Source: a virus. From it: DNA of 64,000 nucleotides. Positions 51,001 through 58,328 of the stretch are shown here, piece by piece (within the stretch, counting starts at the first letter, position 1; each line of letters begins with the position of its first letter). The notes beneath the pieces were generated by a model. The model was not told the DNA's origin. It saw only the letters and a list, made by a program, of their open reading frames with translations, and did no database searches. Both the position numbers and the translations under genes were made by a program. Where the stretch lies: the IMG/VR virus record IMGVR_UViG_3300033066_000693, positions 192,001 to 256,000 of that record; one strand, written 5' to 3'.

Positions 51001-51251
51001 CTTGACGCTCGGATACCAGCGTTGGTGGGCTTGATATACCCCTCAGGATTTTTCATCCAAATCAGCTTAAATGTTGGACCAAGACTCTCTACAAAAGCTT
51101 TCGTGCCATCAGTACAGCCATTGGCAACGACAATGACCTCAACCTCGTCAAGGTTAGTGTACTTGATAATGCTTTCGAGACATGGCTTGAGACAGTCATC
51201 CAAATGGTTATAAGTCGGGATGACAATAGAATACTTTACGCTAGAACTCAT
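45063..51251 (-). CDS. 2062-aa multidomain glycosyltransferase/methyltransferase polyprotein
   Basis: Approximate domain map: GT2a 50577-51239, GT2b 49842-50516, class-I SAM MTase 49347-49817 (LNIGCGDVL...HVFEHF), GT2c 48672-49319, Methyltransf_24-like O-MTase 48072-48599 (EFGVRTGNSTWGLFAGLP...LLFIDTKHSY), GT17-like 47262-48050 (YDCFMFFNELDVLEIRLNELD...GKPKPLYF), FkbM-type MTase 46617-47234 (VLDIGGNVGMFS...KIDCEGSEYDIL), second GT17-like 45762-46550, GT2d 45066-45746 (VAIVMPYYN...LVDDGS...CDSDD). Confidence 0.7.
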   Translation of the reverse strand: MSSSVKYSIVIPTYNHLDDCLKPCLESIIKYTNLDEVEVIVVANGCTDGTKAFVESLGPTFKLIWMKNPEGYIKPTNAGIRASRGEFVVLLNNDVVLCPQKKNDWLNMLEKPFIENPKTGITGPNKDIRLAWNNGKTIFRQPYMVFFCAMIRRSIFDKIGILDEGFGLGYEEDIDFCVRLSKAGYLIKQIPTDIHYDLDFDTDSLLHNPNVNREFPIYHKDKITFKDIKMTDHNRKSVITKHPKPKYSIIIPTYNHLDDCLKPCLESIIKYTNLDEVEVIVVANGCTDGTKDYVRGLGHPFKLFWMTDPAGYTKATNEGIKISMGEYVVLLNNDNILLEQPKSEWLRMLEKPYIDNPKTGITGAAKNFHAETSFEFLLFFCVMLKDTIIEKFGLLDEIFNPGYGEDIDYCWKLHKANLDVVQVPNDVKYNRLRDASDHVIHFPIWHKSSQTVHGVPKWTEIVARNEAILLDRYGNKKKKLNIGCGDVLMPGYINIDLYSPAADVKMDARKLEYPDNSIDEISAIHVFEHFSCYEASAILAEWFRVLAPGGKLCLELPDILELCRHFEAANKIDRYTLLNCIYGTTVYDPKVSNPHLFGWYEEIMFDHLGGVGFTNLKRLEPQFTSHWGYNMRVEAEKPSKKIKPKYSIVIPTYNHLDDHLRPCIESIIKYTDMSNVEVIVVANGCTDGTKAYVESLGSSFKLVWFDKALGYVKPTNAGMKLAEGEYVILLNNDTEILDRSWISVLSAPFSNPKVGITGARKSWRSDIQSEYLLFFCAMIKREVISKIGYLDEEFGIGYHEDADYCKRAADEGYALVEVPHDITYSDKSPGNDERLFLFPMVHKGGGTFREIYTSNDEEKSPKNALYIKQKHKDPTLEEYEKRSTNHEGISGDIYEHLPTLKKYAQECEHITEFGVRTGNSTWGLFAGLPKIMRSYDKFYCPAVEKVATEASRKGINFTFEARDCLQIEIEPTDLLFIDTKHSYDQLLAELRMHSSKVKKYIIMHDTVTFGHKSQDGEEWDWKFKENYSKGLVDAINDFLAENKEWRIREIFDNCNGLTIIDRVSPSKPKVYDCFMFFNELDVLEIRLNELDSVVDKFVLAEARYSHQGKPKPLYFEQNKERFKKFLHKIEHVIVEEFPPTTDTWVREPYQRNQIARGLKDCKDNDIIILSDVDEIPRASVVKQYNISMGICCLQTRLFYYRLNLETPIKWYKVRIFPYAELKGRNLQYFRGENDYGYKHVFEDAGWHFSFLGDKDHIKDKINNWAHDEFNNDRINNDDNVVKSIENGKDVLGRDLSFSPVQIDETYPKFVRDNLKKFEEKGLIFVPRKAIDIRETFLAYESNLFHEVIGLNSYSVFREDVENKSVLDIGGNVGMFSYLCTTLGAKKIVSFEPIEETYKLLVSNMKQYSNVHPVHVAVSSPGTTEVVLEGGGPVAKLSENGNGSKIKAISLAQALEYFPGDNDVVLKIDCEGSEYDILLKADPRDILRCKTIFAEFHNTLHPNKEYNFSMLREYIEKLGYDCVPIQEHQMGFWMFNPASGAYDIFIPLDPKLINTKNFKFVRKEKAKPKPKVYDCFCFFNELDILEVRLNELDPYVDHFVLCEMNVTHSGKPKPLYFNENKERFRRFWPKIIHVIINECPQTDNAWVREHYQRNFMINSLLQCQENDIIILSDLDEIPRGSKIQEYKGQKDWMYFEQHQYNYYLNMSVGISKPGPGAYSRITTFGNLKKVNYGLTDLRYQTITENDRIADGGWHFGWMGGAEKIVEKLESYAHQELNKPEFTNAEKIQQNIDSCKEALGRDNPPHVPVLVSIDSTYPKFIVENQERFLQKKWIKSGRVAIVMPYYNDKDMLVSSTMAIVSQTYRDWVLFLVDDGSSLENRASTILGRKKDSRIKIIEKPNGGVSSARNAALDKIKESGGFEYIAYCDSDDVWDENHLSSQIKALQEADLVYSEVRHEFTDGSIAYPDGIPNPPEYPGLEFMRRCPFIYISSVVHKAKCLSVGGFDSSLDSIEDWDMWVRIAKAGYKFKKNSDSKITYTVKFSSNMASKRTPEISDRFHKKNNS
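50421..51240 (-). repeat. Intragenic duplication: about 100-nt near-identical segments at 50421-50520 and 51141-51240 (start of the GT2a and GT2b modules)
   Basis: tcaacctcgtcaaggttagtgtacttgataatgctttcgagacatggcttgagacagtcatccaaatggttataagtcggga occurs twice almost verbatim. Confidence 0.7.
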
Positions 51252-51306
51252 TCAGCGCTGCCTTTCGGTTATACCTTATCTATCGGTTAGGAAGAGGATC
51301 TAGGAC

Positions 51307-52299
51307 TTACTGGAAACGCATATCCGAGCCTCTGCCCTTAGAACCTCTTGGTCCTATTCTTGGAGTTTGAACAATCGGGCTTCCCTTTGGCTTATTAGCA
51401 CAACAGGTTTGCAAAAGCTCAAATGTCTTCTGAATGCTGTTTCCTAGCTCTTTATCAACTCTTGCAAGCTCGTCTAGGGTTTTGCCTGTAGAGATGGAGA
51501 TGGCAATGAGAATTGCTTGCTGTAGGGCGGTAAAATCGCAATCTACGACTCCGCCTGCCGTTAGAGTACGATTTGCATACTCCCAAATCTGTTGAGGGGT
51601 TATCGCAGAACTTGTAAGGGTTCTTGTTCCATACTCCCACACCTTGCGAGCGATTTCCAACCAATCGCCCTGCTCTTTGCCCCAGCAGACTCGTAGCGTT
51701 CCTGTATTGAGATCGACAGAGCGATTAGGGGTAGCTCCCTTTCGCTGCCAAACCTCTAAATAGTAGTATTGATTACCGACTACAGGAGGTATATTGCTTA
51801 CATCTGTAATGATGTACTCATAAAAACCCAACCTTTCGCTGTCTTCTACAAGAGGAAGAACAAAGTCCGTTTGAGTAGCAAGCGTATAGGTTTCAAACGT
51901 GCCTGTCGAAGGCTTCCATGCTTTATCCAAGTCTTCTGCCGAGAACAAAAGAGCGTAAAGTGTCAGTGCTGGCTGGTCGCTGTATGTAATGTCAAAAACT
52001 GTATCAATCTCTCCAACGCAGCATTCATTATTTGCGCAGCATAGAGAATCTTCATTGGTTATGTCTATGAATGACAAGACTTTAGAAGTATCGTTTTGGT
52101 CATAGAACTTTACCCCTCCGCGAAAGTTTTCAGGAACGTTGTTGTATTCCCAAAGATAGAAACCTTCGCCAATCTCAATAAAGCCATCGGAGATGAGGGG
52201 AGTCACGTTTGCCCCAGAAGTCTTGATAAGCTGGGCGCAAAGGGATACTCCGGCGTAACCGGCTCCCAAGTTTACTGATATTGCAATGTTGGATGGCAT
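51307..52299 (-). CDS. 330-aa structural protein, paralog (N-terminal 75 aa) of the 35665..36147 product
   Basis: Shared N-terminal module (see 35665..36147); Cys-rich CCANNECC patch mid-protein. Confidence 0.55.
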   Translation of the reverse strand: MPSNIAISVNLGAGYAGVSLCAQLIKTSGANVTPLISDGFIEIGEGFYLWEYNNVPENFRGGVKFYDQNDTSKVLSFIDITNEDSLCCANNECCVGEIDTVFDITYSDQPALTLYALLFSAEDLDKAWKPSTGTFETYTLATQTDFVLPLVEDSERLGFYEYIITDVSNIPPVVGNQYYYLEVWQRKGATPNRSVDLNTGTLRVCWGKEQGDWLEIARKVWEYGTRTLTSSAITPQQIWEYANRTLTAGGVVDCDFTALQQAILIAISISTGKTLDELARVDKELGNSIQKTFELLQTCCANKPKGSPIVQTPRIGPRGSKGRGSDMRFQ

Positions 52300-52318
52300 A
52301 GTTATTCTTCGACCACTT

Positions 52319-52915
52319 TCATGCTAAACCTACTATTGTTTTTACGCTAGCAATAGCAAGTCCGTCTATTGTTTTTACGCTGGCTCTAGCAAGTCCTACT
52401 ACTGTTTTTTGAGATGTGCTTGAAGCTGTATAGTCTATAGAAATAGAAAAAGAATCTATACTACAAGTACATGCTTTAGGGCCAGCCCTCCTCACACTAA
52501 TCACCACGCCAAATGTACTGGCATTCACATCTGTATCAGTGAGTGTGTTTCCCCACAAATTAGATGTTGAGCCATATGTTACATCAGTAGCAGCATTAGG
52601 CCAATTGGTTGCTGTAACACCTAAGTTACTACCGCTTACTGTACCACCTTTTACTAAAGAAACAACAACATCTCTACCATTTGTGGTAGCTTTTTTATTA
52701 ATTGTTACAGTGATTCCATTGATTGTAGCACCAGAAGGAACAGAAAAACCAAAGTTTGTAGCTTTCAGATAATGAGACTGTGCAGAGGGAGCAGCATTTG
52801 TTGCAAACGTGCTGTTTGTAGTCCCTTGAGCATTAGTAACATTAGACCACGCTGTAGTACCAACAGAAGCGTCATCGGCAACCGTACCTGCATTATTCGG
52901 ACCTGCTGTTGACAC
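52319..52915 (-). CDS. 198-aa Thr/Ser/Asn/Gly-rich protein ending in tandem 11-aa repeats (KTVVGLARASV / KTIDGLAIASV / KTIVGLA)
   Basis: ORF; the C-terminus is encoded by a 33-nt tandem repeat at 52322-52412. Confidence 0.5.
   Translation of the reverse strand: MSTAGPNNAGTVADDASVGTTAWSNVTNAQGTTNSTFATNAAPSAQSHYLKATNFGFSVPSGATINGITVTINKKATTNGRDVVVSLVKGGTVSGSNLGVTATNWPNAATDVTYGSTSNLWGNTLTDTDVNASTFGVVISVRRAGPKACTCSIDSFSISIDYTASSTSQKTVVGLARASVKTIDGLAIASVKTIVGLA
52322..52412 (-). repeat. 33-nt tandem repeat, about 2.7 copies (ctattgtttttacgctagcaatagcaagtccgt-like)
   Basis: Seen directly at the 3' end of the 52319..52915 CDS. Confidence 0.6.
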
Positions 52916-53527
52916 TTAAAATCTCCTAAGACTAGAATCTACAAACTTCAAAGCATTCTCATTTACTGGCAAGCCTACAAAATTTGCTATTCCTTGAATT
53001 GTTATCTCAGAATTATCTACTAATTGATCAAACTCTACAATTAACTTGGGGACATTAGCAATTGCAAGTTGCGCATTATGTACCTCAATAAGTTTTGCAT
53101 ACCGCTCTTCAGTATTAGGATCGTTTGCTCTAGCTCTCCAACTTTCCTTACTTTTTTCAAGAGGTCGCTGCGTGATAATAAGTTTTATATCAGGCAAATT
53201 CAAAAACTCATCAGCTAAAAATCCAATAAGATGGTTCTTGACTCCCCATATTATTCCTCTGCTCATTCGATCTTGAATGATTCTCCTAATCCTCAATCGT
53301 CCATCATTATTTGAATCAATAGGTAGAGTCCATGTAATCGGATCATTTTCATTAATTAGCTCTAAGGCTTCAGTTATAATTCGATCAACAAAAAATCCTT
53401 TAGCATTCCATTCTGGATCTGATTCAAATAAATCATCTCCCATATGAACACCTAAATTATGTAATATTCCAGCGATACAACTAGTTCCACTTCTTGGTAA
53501 GCCTAAAACTAAAACGCATGTTCCCAT
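52916..53527 (-). CDS. Sulfotransferase (Stf0/Sulfotransfer_3-like)
   Basis: N-terminal VLVLGLPRSGTSCIAGIL matches the PAPS 5'-phosphosulfate-binding loop (PRSGTT/PKSGTT); later IITQRPLEKSKES fits the 3'-phosphate-binding R-x(n)-S element; about 200 aa, as in small bacterial sulfotransferases. Confidence 0.5.
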   Translation of the reverse strand: MGTCVLVLGLPRSGTSCIAGILHNLGVHMGDDLFESDPEWNAKGFFVDRIITEALELINENDPITWTLPIDSNNDGRLRIRRIIQDRMSRGIIWGVKNHLIGFLADEFLNLPDIKLIITQRPLEKSKESWRARANDPNTEERYAKLIEVHNAQLAIANVPKLIVEFDQLVDNSEITIQGIANFVGLPVNENALKFVDSSLRRF

Positions 53528-53536
53528 ATTTCGCCT

Positions 53537-56500
53537 TTAGGTATGAGTGATATAAGTCAGATCAGGGAAGAAATACATTCTATCAGCATGAGTAGCAATA
53601 CCGAGTACCTGAATTACATTATCGGTTGCGCTAGGCTGAGTTTGAGTCAAGGCTCCTGCTGTGGTTGAAAGATAAACTATACCGCCGACAGTCCAAGCCC
53701 ATGCATCATTACGAGCTATTCCATGCAGCAAAATATTGCCAGCATTGCTTGATGTTATTGTAGCTGTAGCCATTCCCATACACGGATAAGTAGCTGAACC
53801 ATCTGCGTCAGCCTTCCATACAAGACCATCAGATTTTAGATAAACAACATCTCCGAATGCTAGATTTTCTCCTGCTGTCAAACTGATTATTAAGCCATTT
53901 GCTGTTACGTCTGATCCCGGAACCGCTGTAAGAGACAAAGCTCCTGAATAACCGCTGTAAGCTGAGTATCCCGAGAAGCCTGACGAACCTTGCGTTCCAA
54001 TATATCCTGAGAAGCCGCTATAAGCCGAGTAACCGCTTCGACCACTATAAGCTGAGTAACCAGAGAAGCCGCTTATACCAGAGTAAGCAGAATAGCCACT
54101 GAAGCCGCTTAGACCGCTATATCCTGAGAAGCCACTATCCCCGCATATGGCTGTTATACAGAAATTTGCTCTTAGAAGAGTAATTACATCCGTATTTATC
54201 ATATTCTTAATGCGTATATCAACCGTGTCTGTTGCAGACAATGACAATACGCCGGTAAGAGATACTGAAAATATTCCGGTATTAGGATCTGTTGTTGTTG
54301 TTCTAGTGACAATGTTAGATTGAATACCATTTACAAAAACAGAGAAATTGAAGTTGACCGCAGTAATGGCACTATTAAAAGACAATGAAGCGTTTACTAA
54401 GTAAGCCCCATCTGATCCTGCAATAGCTTGACCAGCAGAATTTGTAAATCCTACTTGCGAACTTAGAGTTAGACCACTAAGAGAGTCCCAATCACCAGAT
54501 CCATCATATACCCAACCGCTTACTCCATCAGTCGTATCAACTAGTTCAATATAAGAAGCTACTCCCGGAGTCGCTGCCGCTCCGCTATAACCACTGAAAG
54601 CAGAGTAACCACTAAAGCCAGAGAAGCCGCTGTAAGCTGAATAACCGCTGCGACCGCTATAAGCAGAGTAGCCAGAGAAGCCTGAGACGCCTGAGTAAGC
54701 GGAGTAACCGCTGAAGCCAGAAGGCCCGCTGTAGCCGCTGAAACCGCTCGGTCCTGAATAACCACTAAAGCCAGAAGGCCCGCTGTAGCCTGAGAAGCCG
54801 CTTATGCCAGAATAAGCTGAATAGCCTGATCGCCCACTGTACCCTGAGAAGCCACTAGCTCCATCAACGCCAATAATTCCATCTGATCCTTTATATCCGC
54901 TGAAGCCGCTTATACCAGAATAAGCAGAGTAACCGCTGAAGCCAGAGATACCGCTATAAGCAGAGTAGCCCGAGAAGCCTGAAGATCCCTGCGGTCCTAT
55001 GTAACCAGAGAAACCGCTGTAGCCAGATTTTCCTGAGTATCCGCTGAATCCAGATCCACCGTCTGCCCAACTTGTATTACCAAATCCATCTGTTCTTAGG
55101 AACTGACCATTGACTCCGCCGCTTGTAGGAGGGGAGAATGAAGAACTATAAGTTCCTGCCTGTGGATATATTGAAACGGTACCAGTATTTCCGCTGTTGT
55201 ATAAAGAGAAACCAATACCATCTCTAAATTGAACAGGATTACTTGCGCTGAATCTCCATGTTGTTTCGTTAACATCATTTACTTCTAGTTGTAACTGCGA
55301 AACATCTCCGATTTTATCCACTCTCAAAATATCATAACTAAAATCACCGCTATTTGGGCTTTGTTTGATTATGAGTGATGAAGTATCATTACTTGTCGGA
55401 GTAATTGTATTACGAGTTGGAGAACTAGGAGCAACAAGAACTGCCTCGTTCAAATTGGCAGAATAACCGCTGTATCCTGATACTCCAATATAACCGCTGT
55501 ATCCTGAGAAACCGCTATAAGCAGAATAACCACTCTTACCGCTGTAGCCTGAGAAGCCGCTATAAGCAGAATAACCACTAAAGCCAGAAGAACCTTGCGG
55601 CCCAACGTAGCCTGAGAAGCCAGAAGACGCAGCCGCGCCGTCAGCGCCTTTATCTCCTGTTCTTGTAAAGCTTATTACAACCACATCATCAGTCGAGAAC
55701 AAAAAGCCAGATACAAAACTGCCTGTAACATAGGTTACCGGGATAAACAAGCCCCATGTATTGCTTCCGTCAGCAACTACCGATCCTGTTATTTGAAAAT
55801 CAGCAAAAACTGACGAGTTATCTTCTTTGAAAACTCTAATAGATCCCTTAGTAGTATTAGTGCTATCATCAATAGCATTAATCCATGTGGTTATATCTGT
55901 TCCAGATGAATTGAGAGGACTAATACCAACAAATCCTGCTAAAGTAGGATCTGCTGTTGTATTACCTATAGTTGTATTAAATGCCAAAACGCCCGGATAT
56001 GGTCCTGAGCCAGATATTCCCGACTCCTCGTATATATACTCTTGACTATCTCCGCCAAATGCCCCTATTAGACCGCTAAAGCCTGAGAATCCGCTTGTTC
56101 CAGTTCCACTATAACCTGAGAAGCCGCTATAGCCTGAAAATGCTGAATAGCCCGAGAAAGCCGAGTACCCGGAGAAGCCTGAGTAAGCAGAGTAACCGCT
56201 CTTGCCGCTGTAGCCTGAGAATGCAGAATAGCCTGATACTCCGCTGTAACCGCTAAAGCCTGACGTACCGCTGTAAGCTGAATATCCTGAGAAACCTGAG
56301 ATACCTTGCGCACCAATGTAACCACTGAAGCCCGAAGAACCTTGCGTTCCTATGTAACCTGAGAAGCCTGAAGAGCCAGAGTAAGCAGAGTATCCGCTTA
56401 TGCCACTGTAAGCTGAGTAACCCGAGAAACCGCTTATGCCACTGTAAGCTGAATATCCGCTAGAACTAGCCGAGCCGTCTAATCCCTTATCCCCTGCGCG

Positions 56501-57187
56501 AGAAAAAGAAATAACGACATCTTCGCTATTGGTAAATATTGGATCGGCAAAGTTTGTTCCAGTTACGAAAGTTACAGGGAATGCGATGTATGGATAGCTT
56601 GATCCATTTACGCCGCTTATCATGTTACCAGTAATTTGAAAATCAGCAAAAATAGTTGAATCTGTAGGACGAAAAAGCCTTAGGCTTCCTCTAATATCAT
56701 TTGTGCTATCATCCCAAGTTTGCTGCCAAAGCGAAGCTTCTTTGAATGCTATATAAGCTGCGTCAGAAGGATTGACGTTCTCATTAAACAAAGCGTCCAT
56801 GAAGAAGAAACCGCTATTTGAACTAGCTCCCGAAGCGCCGTCTGTTTGCGGAACTTGAATGCTATCGCCGCCAAATATCCCGGTAAAACCAGAAAAACCT
56901 GAGTCGCCAGCATATCCTGAATAACCGCTTACGCCTACATATCCTGAGAAGCCGCTCTTACCGCTATAAGCTGAAAAACCGCTTGGTCCTGAATAGCCAC
57001 TAAAGCCTGAAGGGCCGCTGTATCCTGAGAAGCCGCTTGTGCCTCCGCCTCCACCGCCAGCGTTGTCCTTATTCTCCCATTTACCTGAACTAGAGTTGTA
57101 CGTTAAAACTTGACCATTTGTAGGCGAACCTATAGCTACATCATTTAGCTGTCTAAGCAAATTGAGAATTTTAATTGCCGAAGGCAT
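53537..57187 (-). CDS. 1216-aa collagen-like (Gly-X-Ser)n fibre with interspersed globular domains, a C1q/TNF-like domain and a C-terminal globular head
   Basis: Five collagen-like blocks alternate with about 85-aa domains of conserved pattern W..D.STN...GS.R.F...DSS.FADFQITG...V.ISF.R.GDKG; the C-terminal 130 aa is non-repetitive. Confidence 0.8.
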   Translation of the reverse strand: MPSAIKILNLLRQLNDVAIGSPTNGQVLTYNSSSGKWENKDNAGGGGGGTSGFSGYSGPSGFSGYSGPSGFSAYSGKSGFSGYVGVSGYSGYAGDSGFSGFTGIFGGDSIQVPQTDGASGASSNSGFFFMDALFNENVNPSDAAYIAFKEASLWQQTWDDSTNDIRGSLRLFRPTDSTIFADFQITGNMISGVNGSSYPYIAFPVTFVTGTNFADPIFTNSEDVVISFSRAGDKGLDGSASSSGYSAYSGISGFSGYSAYSGISGYSAYSGSSGFSGYIGTQGSSGFSGYIGAQGISGFSGYSAYSGTSGFSGYSGVSGYSAFSGYSGKSGYSAYSGFSGYSAFSGYSAFSGYSGFSGYSGTGTSGFSGFSGLIGAFGGDSQEYIYEESGISGSGPYPGVLAFNTTIGNTTADPTLAGFVGISPLNSSGTDITTWINAIDDSTNTTKGSIRVFKEDNSSVFADFQITGSVVADGSNTWGLFIPVTYVTGSFVSGFLFSTDDVVVISFTRTGDKGADGAAASSGFSGYVGPQGSSGFSGYSAYSGFSGYSGKSGYSAYSGFSGYSGYIGVSGYSGYSANLNEAVLVAPSSPTRNTITPTSNDTSSLIIKQSPNSGDFSYDILRVDKIGDVSQLQLEVNDVNETTWRFSASNPVQFRDGIGFSLYNSGNTGTVSIYPQAGTYSSSFSPPTSGGVNGQFLRTDGFGNTSWADGGSGFSGYSGKSGYSGFSGYIGPQGSSGFSGYSAYSGISGFSGYSAYSGISGFSGYKGSDGIIGVDGASGFSGYSGRSGYSAYSGISGFSGYSGPSGFSGYSGPSGFSGYSGPSGFSGYSAYSGVSGFSGYSAYSGRSGYSAYSGFSGFSGYSAFSGYSGAAATPGVASYIELVDTTDGVSGWVYDGSGDWDSLSGLTLSSQVGFTNSAGQAIAGSDGAYLVNASLSFNSAITAVNFNFSVFVNGIQSNIVTRTTTTDPNTGIFSVSLTGVLSLSATDTVDIRIKNMINTDVITLLRANFCITAICGDSGFSGYSGLSGFSGYSAYSGISGFSGYSAYSGRSGYSAYSGFSGYIGTQGSSGFSGYSAYSGYSGALSLTAVPGSDVTANGLIISLTAGENLAFGDVVYLKSDGLVWKADADGSATYPCMGMATATITSSNAGNILLHGIARNDAWAWTVGGIVYLSTTAGALTQTQPSATDNVIQVLGIATHADRMYFFPDLTYITHT
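54150..54430 (-). other. C1q/TNF-like (BclA-CTD-like) jelly-roll domain inside the 1216-aa fibre (tentative)
   Basis: Segment FNFSVFVNGIQSNIV...TVDIRIKNMINTDVITLLRANFCITAI resembles C1q-domain C-terminal strands. Confidence 0.3.
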
Positions 57188-57226
57188 ATGCTACAATACC
57201 AAAAAACAGCCATCAACCCTTCAGTT

Positions 57227-58327
57227 TTAGAATACTGAATTAGACGACGAGGGGGCTTGAGTTGCCCCAATATCCCTGTACGGAACCAAGCCAATCGCTC
57301 TACCTACTGCTGTTGGTTTAAGGGTGAAATTCTTATTTGTTGCAGCATCAATATAATCTGATGTATACGTTCCATTATCAGTTGTCATAGGATTCTGCAA
57401 CGGCCAGTCTCCTGTATTGTTGTTCGCATTTGTATTATCTCTTGTACGATTGCGGATTAGAGCATTCGGACAAACTGCGCCAGTATATAGATTTTTCAAG
57501 AAGTATCCGCAATCTGTTGCATGACAGTTTACAATTGTATGTACAACTCCTGTAGCATTTGCGCTATTAGGTACTTGAATAGCAGCCGTACTACAGTTAT
57601 AGAATGTGCAGTTTATAATGTTGCTAGGATATGCATTGTTGACGGACTGCATATCAATACCAACAAGACTATCTCTCATAATACAATCAATAACAGTACA
57701 ACTTGTACGAGTAGCAATACAACTTCCAACTCCGCCATAGAGTTTACATCCAATGACTGCATTGTTTTGTTGTAAAGCTATGCATGTTGCAACGTCTGTA
57801 CCAGTTTTCTTTACATCGCAACCTATAATATGCACCTGCCAACCATAAGATGCAAACGCAGAAGATACAGAAAAGCCAGCATTGTATTGGTTTTCAGCAT
57901 AACAGTTGTATGCATATCCATAGTTACCATTGAACAAGATCATTTCATTTGATCTTGAGCCTACTATCTTCAATCCCTCAATAATATTACCATCGCCGTT
58001 CAATGATATTCTATCTTGCGCAGCCATATTAATTACAGGCATACCAGTTGTAACAAGATCTCCATTAGCGTCTCTTGAGTAAGTAAGATCGCCAATAGTG
58101 TTTGTATAACCACGTATCCATGCTGGGCTAGCAGATGTTTGAGTGTTCAACGTAGTAAAAGCTGCGCCGCCGTTATTGACTGTATATGTTCCAGCCTTTA
58201 CATTAAGACGTATACCTGCGCCAACATGCTGAATGCCTGTAATAAAATCCCAAGCATCAGAAGAATCATTAGTTCCTCCGTGGCCAGAAGTTCCGCTTGT
58301 AGTTACATATCTTTCAGTCCAAGCCAT
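57227..58327 (-). CDS. Right-handed parallel beta-helix protein (tailspike/polysaccharide depolymerase candidate)
   Basis: Repeated N/C/G-rich turns: IGCDVKKTG, NNAVIGCKLYGGVGSC, NCTFYNCSTAAI, VNCHATDCGYF, about 22-aa periodicity typical of pectate-lyase-type beta-helices. Confidence 0.5.
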   Translation of the reverse strand: MAWTERYVTTSGTSGHGGTNDSSDAWDFITGIQHVGAGIRLNVKAGTYTVNNGGAAFTTLNTQTSASPAWIRGYTNTIGDLTYSRDANGDLVTTGMPVINMAAQDRISLNGDGNIIEGLKIVGSRSNEMILFNGNYGYAYNCYAENQYNAGFSVSSAFASYGWQVHIIGCDVKKTGTDVATCIALQQNNAVIGCKLYGGVGSCIATRTSCTVIDCIMRDSLVGIDMQSVNNAYPSNIINCTFYNCSTAAIQVPNSANATGVVHTIVNCHATDCGYFLKNLYTGAVCPNALIRNRTRDNTNANNNTGDWPLQNPMTTDNGTYTSDYIDAATNKNFTLKPTAVGRAIGLVPYRDIGATQAPSSSNSVF

Positions 58328-58328
58328 T

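Noticed and set aside
57188-57226. Putative terminator after the 57227-58327 gene (GGCTGTTTTTTGG on the minus strand).
   Set aside because: T-tract present but I could not identify a convincing upstream stem partner.
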